Below, piece after piece: positions 54,885 through 64,000 of a DNA stretch of 64,000 bases; positions within the stretch are counted from its first letter, which is position 1, and each line of letters begins with the position of its first letter. A program made the position numbers and the translations under genes. This DNA is from Octopus vulgaris. Its lineage: Eukaryota. The stretch lies in the NCBI GenBank assembly GCA_951406725.2, contig OX597823.1:56048001-56112000 (forward strand), given 5' to 3'. A model generated the notes under the pieces. It had not been told where the DNA came from. It saw nothing but the letters and a program-made list of their open reading frames with translations, and searched no databases.

Positions 54885-55054
54885 CACTAGTGATTTCCAG
54901 CATAGCCGCAGTCAAATTACTGAAACAATTAAAAATGATAAAAGAATACATGCGTGTGTGTATGTTCTTTGTCTCCTTACCGACTTGGAGATTTTAGGTA
55001 TAATTATATTAAAATGTCCATCCGTTCTAATTTAATTAAATTCTATGTCTTTGC

Positions 55055-55139
55055 GCGGCTGAAGATTGCTCTACATTTTAAATTGATGTAATGACTGCAT
55101 TGTTCAATTAGATGGAGTTGCATGAAACGATCGTACTGC
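55055..55139 (+). ncRNA. Type I hammerhead motif with long stem II
   Basis: GCGG-CTGAAGA-TTGC...GCAT-GAAA-CGATCG-TA-CTGC. Confidence 0.65.
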
Positions 55140-55441
55140 ATTATCTCTGGATATCCTTGTTGCTTATTTTGATGTGTGTGTGTGCGTATGTGTGTATGTA
55201 TGTATGTATGTATGTGTGTATGTATGTATGTATGTATGTATGTATAAGACAAAGAGATGACAAAGGAATACACGATAACCCTATGAACTTCATTAGCTTA
55301 CATCTTAGGAGACAGTGGATTCAGAGTACCTGAATAATACCTTATAGCTTCATCTCATTTAAATTGACCGCTTTACACTCGTCTAACACTTCGTTCTGAA
55401 ACATACGTATATTGAGGCATCCGTCTCTCAATGTCTAAGCG

Positions 55442-55480
<39 letters not shown>

Positions 55481-55597
55481 TTCAGTAAAATTTAGATTCA
55501 GTTGAATATGGTACTTAAGTTAAAGTCACCAGAATTTAGTATGGTATTATCCATATAATTCAAAATGGGGTGATTATAATCAAAATATCCAGAGCTA

Positions 55598-55686
55598 ATG
55601 CAGTACGATCGTTTCATGCGACTCCATTTAATTGAACAATGCAAATATTTCATCAATTTAAAATGTAGAGCAATCTTCGGCTGCAT
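55598..55686 (-). ncRNA. Hammerhead motif (U4C), inverted relative of 55055-55139
   Basis: Minus strand: ATGCAG-CCGAAGA-TTGC...GCAT-GAAA-CGATCG-TA-CTGCAT; perfect 6 bp stem I. Confidence 0.6.
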
Positions 55687-55690
55687 AAAG

Positions 55691-55885
55691 ATATAGAAAT
55701 TAGTTAAATTCGACAGACTCCTTTGTATAGTTTTCTTATTATCCAAAATTACAAAGAGGATAAGTAGATAGACAAAGAACATGTTTTATTAACAACATCA
55801 TTGTCCGGCTACTTAGCCCCTTTGTAATTTTGTATAATAAGAAAACTATACAAAGGAGTCTGTCGAATTTAACTAATTTCTATAT
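55691..55885. repeat. Inverted repeat, ~50 bp perfect arms (55691-55742 / 55834-55885)
   Basis: ATAGAAATTAGTTAAATTCGACAGACTCCTTTGTATAGTTTTCTTATTAT and its reverse complement. Confidence 0.85.
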
Positions 55886-56016
55886 TTAACTAATTTCTAT
55901 ATTCTTGTATGTGAGTATATGTTTTTGTAGCTGTGTATTGTGTATATATATTTATATGGACATATATTCATGATCTTAAACTTTGCTTTTATTTTATTTT
56001 CTTTCTATGCCTATAG

Positions 56017-56257
56017 AACTTTGAAAAGGCTCAAACGTTGTGCAATACCATTAAAGACACTAAAGTGTTTGGACAGTGTTATGAAGTGGTCAGCTACCAG
56101 CCATACTTTGACCGCTGTCTTCACGAGACATGCTTAAAATCAGCCAGTGGTCCGAACACCCCATTTTGTAATATTCTTTCTGAGTATGCTAAGGCATGTG
56201 CTGACAATGGAAAGTTTATTAAGTGGTATGAATCTAAGGAGCTCTCGAAACTATGCC
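56017..56257 (+). CDS. Exon 16, C8-2
   Basis: NFEKAQTLCNTIK...FGQCYEVVSYQPYFDRCLHETC...FCNILSEYAKACADNG..IKW...KLC; phase 0-1. Confidence 0.93.
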
Positions 56258-56763
56258 GTAAGTATAAAAACAATATTCGGTTTCGTGAAACTTTTTTTTT
56301 TTTTTTCCTTTTTACTACTTTCTCAGGTCAGCTGTTATCCAATATACGATTCAGTCAATTTATAACTACCACATATTATGATTACTGTTGTTGTTGTTAT
56401 ATACTTTTATTCCTGCATGTTTGTTACAATCACTTGCCGAGATACATCCGGCTTCGTAGGGCGAGTGAAAGATAAGGGATGTTACAGTATGACTGAAAGT
56501 TTGGGGAGTGGAAGTGGTAAGGGCAGTAGGGAAATGTCTTCATGTAAAACAACACTGGCATTTATTCAATATTCTGCCCTCTCAAATTCACGCGCTTATT
56601 GCAGCGGTCCGTCAGTTTTTCTAGGCGCTGTAAAAGAACTCAGAAGGTAGGGTCTCCAACCAGACTTTCGCGATACCCGTAAAGCCAGGAACTTTTCAAC
56701 CTCCTCCCCTCTTACGTACATAAATACATGCATACATACATGCATACATACATGCATACATAC

Positions 56764-56805
<42 letters not shown>

Positions 56806-56866
56806 GTATATATGTATACATATATATATATAAATATACATATACATATATACATATAAATATACA

Positions 56867-56905
<39 letters not shown>

Positions 56906-56960
56906 CATTATTGGTGAATTGAAGAAATGGAGCTGAACGCAGATTGAACAGAAATCGTTT

Positions 56961-57054
56961 TATTTCATTCTACACGTGTTTCGAAAGGCACAAATTACCA
57001 AAATCCGATGGAATAATGGGACCATATTGTGTCTTTCTCTTCAGGAAGAAAATA
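56961..57054 (-). ncRNA. Type I hammerhead motif (left arm)
   Basis: Reverse complement of 57842-57935. Confidence 0.8.
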
Positions 57055-57841
57055 GGAAATCCGTTGGAAAAACAAAAACAGAACAGAGGCGGAGCAAAAA
57101 CAAATCGAACTATGCTCCTAAGAGCCCATGGCGAAACTGTTTATCAGTGTATGTTGAGAACCGGTGGCTGAAGAATTCAACGGGTCAGGCATCGGTCAAT
57201 CATGTGGGTGAGGGGGCGTAGATGTTCTTTGTGACCGAGAATAAAGTTCTGACTATTTAAGGAATATTGGATGTTTTATAAGGGGCGAGAAAAAATCTAC
57301 TTAGAGACGTGTGTGTGTGTATACTGTTCTATATATGTGTGTGTTGGCGTAGGGGTAGAAAACATTTTTTGTGTACGTGTGTGCGTTTGATCGTTCGGCT
57401 GTCAGTGGCTACTGCCGTGATGACCGTTGGGTGGCAGAAAAAAAATTATATATCATGTTTTTCTGCCACCCAACGGTCATCACGGCAGTAGCCACTGACA
57501 GCCGAACGATCAAACGCACACACGTAAACAAAAAATGTTTTCTACCCCTACGCCAACACACACATATATAGAACAGTATACACACACGTCTCTAAGTAGA
57601 TTTTTTCTCGCCCCTTATAAAACATCCAATATTCCTTAAATAGTCAGAACTTTATTCTCGGTCACAAAGAACATCTACGCCCCCTCACCCACATGATTGA
57701 CCGATGCCTGACCCGTTGAATTCTTCAGCCACCGGTTCTCAACATACACTGATAAACAGTTTCGCCATGGGCTCTTAGGAGCATAGTTCGATTTGTTTTT
57801 GCTCCGCCTCTGTTCTGTTTTTGTTTTTCCAACGGATTTCC

Positions 57842-57935
57842 TATTTTCTTCCTGAAGAGAAAGACACAATATGGTCCCATTATTCCATCGGATTTTGGTA
57901 ATTTGTGCCTTTCGAAACACGTGTAGAATGAAATA
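57842..57935 (+). ncRNA. Type I hammerhead motif (right arm)
   Basis: TATTTTCTTC-CTGAAGA-GAAAGACACAA...TTGTGCCTTTC-GAAA-CACGTG-TA-GAATGAAATA; GUA site, predicted cut after 57925. Confidence 0.82.
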
Positions 57936-58142
57936 AAACGATTTCTGTTCAATCTGCGTTCAGCTCCATTTCTTCAATTCACCAATAATGTTCTAATTTC
58001 AATTATCCGCACCAACGCACGGTTGCAACACCATATGGTTGTACCTCCAACCGTGCTGTTTTACTGCTGTGATTTTTGCTACTAAGGTATCGGTTAAACT
58101 TTTGATTAATCTACTACAAGATTATTCATCTTTCTATTTCAC

Positions 58143-58199
<57 letters not shown>

Positions 58200-58403
58200 A
58201 AGTAGATAAATGAATTATCTTATAACGGATAATTCAAATGATAACCGATACCTGGGTAGCAAAAATCACAACAGAAAGAGCACTGTTGAAGTTACGACCA
58301 TGGGGCATAAAATCCGTGCCTTTGTGCGGAAATTTGAAGTTTTATATATAAAGTATAGGAAAGAATGGAGCTGAACGAAGATTTAACAAAATTCCTTTAT
58401 TTT

Positions 58404-58489
58404 ATTTTCGACATATGTTTCGAAGTCTGCAAAGTCCCTAATTCCGATTGAATAAGGAGTCCATTTTGCAGCTTTCTCTTCAGGAAAAT
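58404..58489 (-). ncRNA. Type I hammerhead motif (intact core)
   Basis: Minus strand: ATTTTC-CTGAAGA-GAAAGCTGCAAA...TTTGCAGACTTC-GAAA-CATATG-TC-GAAAAT. Confidence 0.8.
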
Positions 58490-58705
58490 CCAGGAACTTA
58501 ATTCTCCAACAAAATGCACAACAAGCTTTTCGACAAACGCTCACGAGGAGCTCATGAAATTAATGATACAAACTGTCTATCTATATGCATCCAATCTGGC
58601 GTCAACGCATATAGATAGACAGTTTGTATCATTAATTTCATGGGCTCCTCGTGAGCGTTTGTCGAAAAGCTTGTTGTGCATTTTGTTGGAGAATTAAGTT
58701 CCTGG

Positions 58706-58791
58706 ATTTTCCTGAAGAGAAAGCTGCAAAATGGACTCCTTATTCAATCGGAATTAGGGACTTTGCAGTCTTCGATACATATGTCGAAAAT
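58706..58791 (+). ncRNA. Hammerhead motif with core mutation (GAAA>GATA)
   Basis: Mirror of 58404-58489 with GATA at 58774-58777. Confidence 0.65.
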
Positions 58792-58835
58792 AAAATAAAG
58801 GAATTTTGTTAAATCTTCGTTCAGCTCCATTCTTT

Positions 58836-58953
<118 letters not shown>

Positions 58954-59417
58954 TGCATATCGATGTGTGCGTGCGTGCACGCGTTTTGACGCGCTGGGCT
59001 TACTAGTTAGGGTATTGTACTCATGGTCGGGTTACGTGCAGCGTTCTTGAGCAAAACACTTCATTTCACGTTGGTCCACTCTATACTCAGCCGACGAAAA
59101 TAAATAATTCTGCGACGGAAAGGCCTCCCGTCCAGAAGTGGGTGGGGAATATATATATATATATATATATATCTCGGGGTAACTAGCTTTATGAGCCTAT
59201 CGTTCGGGAAGGCTCTTTGATTCTTTGTGTATGTATATATGTGTGCATATATAAAGCGTATTGGACAAGTTGTTACAGCGTCCGGTAGATTGCTTTACCG
59301 TAATAATTCCAGTTCTCTAAAACTAGGATGGGTTCCATCAAGTAGTAAAAGTTACCTAGCATCTATGTTACAATTGTGTCTCTACAATTTTATCGTGGAC
59401 TGAGGCCTAAATCCATA

Positions 59418-59635
<218 letters not shown>

Positions 59636-59793
59636 AAGTGATGGTTTGTTGCCAACTTAATTTGGCAGTCCCAGGAAAGGGACTATTTAGCCCTAAGAAA
59701 CACCGTTTCTAGTTGGCTACGTGACACAAACGTCCTGTGTCCTTAAGTTTTCAAACAGAGGAGATAAGCACCTCCAGCCAACAAAGCTAGCTA

Positions 59794-59834
59794 CTAGAGA
59801 CTAGTTTCAGAGTACTTGCTCTTCATCAGTCTGG
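59794..59834 (-). ncRNA. Minimal type I hammerhead motif, unit 1
   Basis: Minus strand: CCAGA-CTGATGA-AGAG(CAAGTA)CTCT-GAAA-CTAG-TC-TCTAG. Confidence 0.8.
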
Positions 59835-60150
59835 AATAGCTTGGCTTTGCTAGCCCTCGGTGCAAAATCGCTGTTGAAAGATTATCGAATTTCAAGTGAA
59901 ATAAATCCACTGATCTACAAAATTAGAAATATTGCATTTCTAAATCTCTCAGTGACACTTTTGCAGTAGCAGCACGATAAAGCAATGGTTGGTTTGTTGC
60001 CAACTTAATGTAACAGTCCTAGAAAAGTGAAGAATGCTACTGCTATTTAGCCTCAAGAAACACCGTTTCTAGTTGTTTACGTGGCACAATCGTTTTGTGT
60101 CCTGATGTTTTCAAACAGGGGAGATAAGCACCTCCACCCAACAAAGCACA

Positions 60151-60189
60151 CAGAGACTAGTTTCAGGGTAGTTTCCTTTCATCAGTCTG
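60151..60189 (-). ncRNA. Minimal type I hammerhead motif, unit 2
   Basis: Minus strand: CAGA-CTGATGA-AAGG(AAACTA)CCCT-GAAA-CTAG-TC-TCTG; one stem II mismatch. Confidence 0.75.
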
Positions 60190-60374
60190 GAGTACCATCC
60201 CTTTATCATGCTGCAACTGCATAACTCTCTCTGAGAGATTTAGAAATGCAATATTTCTATTTTGTAGATCAGTAAATTTATTTCACATGGAATTCTGTAA
60301 GTTTTCAACAGCAAATTAGCACCAAGAACTAGCAAAGCCAAGCTACTCCAGACTCATGAAGGGCAACGAAATCT

Positions 60375-60790
60375 CTTCCTGAACTCCCTCAAAACCTTCA
60401 TAAGGCACTCTTTGTTGACTGCCTGACGATGGGGGAAACCCTGTGATGTAGTCGATATACTTGTTATCGAAAAAGGGAATCATCATGAGCTCACCAGTCG
60501 ACTTTGCCTGCCCTCTCTTGTGCCAACGAAAAATAGACGCTCAGCTCATACAATTTATTCCATTGACAGTCTGCAGCATTTCATAACTTTCTGTAGTATT
60601 TTTGTTCCAATTTGATACAAAACTCTATTTCATAGTGTGCTTCCGAATAGTCTTCGTGTGCCGACTGCATTCAGCAAACTACTCAGTTGTAACAAGTAGT
60701 GTTTAGTAGGATGCGTTCAAAGTGCTGTCACCGACGTCTCCTTCAATATTAAATAACAGAATCTGGCCGGTCAGCTTATTAGCTGCATGG
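60375..60790 (-). mobile_element. Internally deleted mariner-type transposase fragment
   Basis: KNTTESYEMLQTVNGINCMS*ASIFRWHKR (mariner HTH) fused to KSTGELMMIPFFDNK. Confidence 0.6.
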
Positions 60791-60833
60791 TAACGATATA
60801 CTAAAATTACGATAATCAAAGACATTTATATTT

Positions 60834-61088
60834 GGAGGCGGGTGGCTTAGTGGTTAGGATGTCAGCACCATGATCGTAAGATTGTGGTTTCGATTCTTGG
60901 ACCGAGCGATGCGGTCCAGAAGCAAAACACCTCATTTCATGTTGCTCCAGTCCACTCAGCTGGCAAAAATGAGTAACGCTGCGATTGACTGGCGTCCCGT
61001 CCAGCTGGCAAACATATACTCCATTGAAACCGGGAAACCAGGCCCATGGGCCTGGATAGGCTTTAAAAAGGGCGCATTTATTATTTTT
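60834..61088 (+). mobile_element. SINE family C with 12 bp target duplication
   Basis: AAGACATTTATA at 60819-60830 and 61089-61100; same body as 38763-39021. Confidence 0.85.
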
Positions 61089-61371
61089 AAGACATTTATA
61101 ACTGCCTCTCCTAAAAAAAAAAGTCTGAAGACTCCTGGAATACACATTGTATATAATTTTTACAGACGACCAAGTCCTTTGGTTTTCTAAGCCTTACCTT
61201 TTGAAAGTTGGCACGCATCCATTCTATTGAGAAATATACCAGTGCTTTTTTCTGATTTATGAATTCTTAGACGGCTATGTGTGAGTGTGTGTGTGTGTTT
61301 GCGTGTTTGTATGTGTGTGTGCGTGTTTGCATGTGTACCTATGTGTATGTATGTATATGTGTATGTATACT

Positions 61372-61595
61372 AAGGCGGTGAGCTGGCAGAATCGTTAGCA
61401 CGCCGGACGGAACGCTTAGCGGTATTTCGTCTGTCTTCACATTCTGAGTTCAAATTCCGCCGAGGTCGACTTTGCCTTTCATCCTTTCGGGGTCGATTAA
61501 ATAAGTACCATTTACGCACTGGGGTCGATTTAATCGACTTAATCAGTTTGTCTGTCCTCTCTGTGTTTAGCCCCTTGTGGGTAGTAAAGAAATAG
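61372..61595 (+). mobile_element. SINE family B with 16 bp target duplication
   Basis: ATATGTGTATGTATAC at 61355-61370 and 61596-61611. Confidence 0.88.
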
Positions 61596-61653
61596 ATATG
61601 TGTATGTATACGTATATAATATGTTATACGTATTTTATTGCCTTTCGTTACAG

Positions 61654-61909
61654 CCTTTCAGTGCGATGTTGGTAAATCAGAAGTCTACTCAGTCTGCCAT
61701 TCTCTGAAAACCAGTCACTGCAGTGATTTTGCAACCATTAAGGGAAAATGTCAGGAAGAATGTATTCCTGGTTGTGGATGTCCAAAAAATATGCATTACG
61801 ACAGTGATGGCAATTGTGTTTCGCTGGCCGATTGTTCATGTTATGATAAGAAGCATCAAAGCAAAGCATTCAAGTCTGGACAGATGTTAAGAAGAGCTTG
61901 TTCAAAATG
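61654..61909 (+). CDS. Exon 17, TIL2 plus E module; gene continues beyond window
   Basis: FQCDVGKSEVYSVC...EECIPGCGCPKNMHYDSDGNCVSLADCSCYD...RRACSK TG|GT; phase 1-2. Confidence 0.93.
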
Positions 61910-63349
61910 GTAACACCCGTTTATTTTTCATTTAATCATTTCTTGATTCTTTATTACCCACGAGGGGCCACACATAGAACATCACAATTACAAGAATGAA
62001 AGATGGATTTTGAAAATGATATTATGAAAGTGATGCTAACGGCCCCATCCGCTAGCATCACTTACCTGTCCTTTAGTTGTTAATCCCACACAAATGTTCC
62101 TTGTTCCGTTCCTATACAAAATCCTTCCATCTCCATCCTTTTTTCAAACGTCTCTTCCAAATCCCTCATGATTTTTTCAACCATTCTCACTTCACTTACT
62201 TCCCAATCCTCCCTTTCACACATTTCCATAAACTCGTCCATTCGTCCTTTTCCAATTACTGCATACCTGATCTTTCCTCTGTCACACCATTGATACTCTT
62301 CCATTTTCTTTTTAATCTTTTCTTTTCTTTTCTTTTCCCGTTTCATTTAATCATTTCTGGATGGAGGTGGCGCTTCTTTTTGTCATGCTTTACGCGTGTT
62401 TGTTGTTCGATATTTAGATTTATGCCGACCTTGACAGTACAATAGATATTCAAAGCTGTTCTATTTGTAACCCCACCTTCTGCGTTTTACAATGTTTTTA
62501 TGCCAAAATCATTCGTTATTTCTCAAATCATATGCGTTAAATTAGAAAAATCATTAGAAAGCCTGGCAAAATGCCTTTAGGGTATTTGGCTCACAATCGA
62601 ATGGTCGTGTTGTCGATACCCGGTGGCGCATTATATTTTTAAACAAGAAACTTTGGAAATTAATTAGAATAATTAAGACATTATAAAGTTGAATCTCGTC
62701 GGAGGTAGAAAAAGATTTACTGTTACATTTTTATATTTTCATGTGTTAAGTGTAGCAGCTAACTGAGTATTTTTTTATAGAAAGAACATGATATAAACCT
62801 TATAAAGGAGGGAGTAGTATGTTTAGAGAAGCTAGTATAAAAATAAAAAATAGAAATATAGTAATAAATCGTATATTTATATCGTATATTTAAGTATCAA
62901 ATAAATGTAATGGTGAATATAATTATAAGAATTTAAGTAATATATTCTGTGTAGTTATTAAGAAGAATAAAAATAAGCAATATATTAATGAATCTTTTAA
63001 TTAACTTATAATTAATTATAAAATAATTATTAGGGTAAATAAATTTATAATAGTTTATAAGAATTTAATAAGGGCGTATAAATATGTAAATAAAATAAAT
63101 ATAAAAAAGGGTAATATAAAAGGTAAAAAATATTTTTGAATGCCTGTATAATATAAATACAATACAGCATTCATATGTATAGAGATGCAACAACGATGTA
63201 ACAAAAATATATAAGAAAATAATGGAGAATAGAAAAAATAAATAGGCATATTGGAATTCCACTATTGCGCGAATATCAACATATATTAATACGCCTATGT
63301 TAATAAGTACATATAATTATCTATGGATAAAACGCGTGCTAAAACTATA

Positions 63350-63401
<52 letters not shown>

Positions 63402-64000
63402 CATATATATATACATATATATATATATATATGTATATATACGTACATATATACACACATGTGTATATATATAAATATTAAATCTATATATATTAATAAT
63501 ATAATATTGAATATTATATATATATATATATATTTATAATTGATAAAGGAAACGGAAGAGATATATTTGGTACTAGTCTCTATTTAGTACGACGATCGAT
63601 TCGCCCCCTCCTGCGACTGTCCTTTATAGGTGGGATGTTGTGCATCCAATTGTGTTGCTACGATCAGTGCAGTCTGTTTCACATCAGGTACATGCATAAA
63701 TAAAGTTTTGTCCCGCTACATTTAGCGTTGGCACACCGGGCAAAATGCTTAGCGGCATCTCTTCCGTCATTACGTTCTGGGTTCAAACTCCGCCGAGATC
63801 GACTTTGCTATTTATACTTTAGGGGTCGATAAAATAAGTAACAGTTGAGTACTGAGGTCGATGTAATCGACTTACATCCTTCCCAAAGAGTATTGGCCCT
63901 GTACCGAAAATTGAAATTAATGTCAATATATGCATTCACGTGTATTTTGCTTTCCATTATAGTACATGCAGCAATGCAGAATGGGATTGTGAGAAAAAAT

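Larger units (their letters stand above)
56904..58146. mobile_element. Large fold-back element: ~540 bp arms (56904-57442 / 57458-57992) plus ~155 bp one-sided tail, between (TA)n tracts
   Basis: Near-perfect palindrome (the identical ORF pairs 56944/57952 and 56976/57920 in the track reflect it). Tail homologous to 3800-3945 and 58197-58353. Confidence 0.92.

Noticed and set aside
56944-57952. Identical ORF pairs on opposite strands (75 aa and 81 aa)
   Set aside because: A consequence of the palindrome; no recognisable protein motifs.
62080-62346. Glu/Lys-rich 88 aa minus-strand ORF
   Set aside because: Purine-rich low complexity; no recognisable family.

Overview
AT-rich, microsatellite-dense eukaryotic DNA. 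The SINE families point to a coleoid cephalopod, most likely Octopus (inference). The window holds the 5' part of one large + strand gene. I could chain 17 exons (8785-61909) through canonical GT-AG sites with matching phases into 947 codons without a stop: signal peptide, EMI-like, EGF, TB/8-Cys-like, then [VWD-C8-TIL-E] x2, continuing past the window. It belongs to the SCO-spondin/otogelin/hemocytin/gel-forming-mucin group. The promoter and exon 1 lie inside a ~7.1 kb inverted duplication (arms ~3.3 kb), which may be real or an assembly fold-back. Introns and flanks carry decayed Tc1/mariner (DD41D, DD36E, mariner), Merlin, Helitron, RTE and Dong/R4 fragments and many tRNA-derived SINEs. The most interesting signal is non-coding. 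Several families of short elements sit in or beside (TA)n tracts as fold-back palindromes or 350-480 nt tandem/circularly permuted units. They carry type I hammerhead ribozyme motifs with palindromic stem III (about 10 intact or near-intact, several more degenerate) that show covariation. This resembles Penelope-like pLTR / non-LTR retrozyme elements. All calls were made by eye; repeat boundaries are approximate. Almost all ORF-track entries are microsatellite or SINE translation artefacts.
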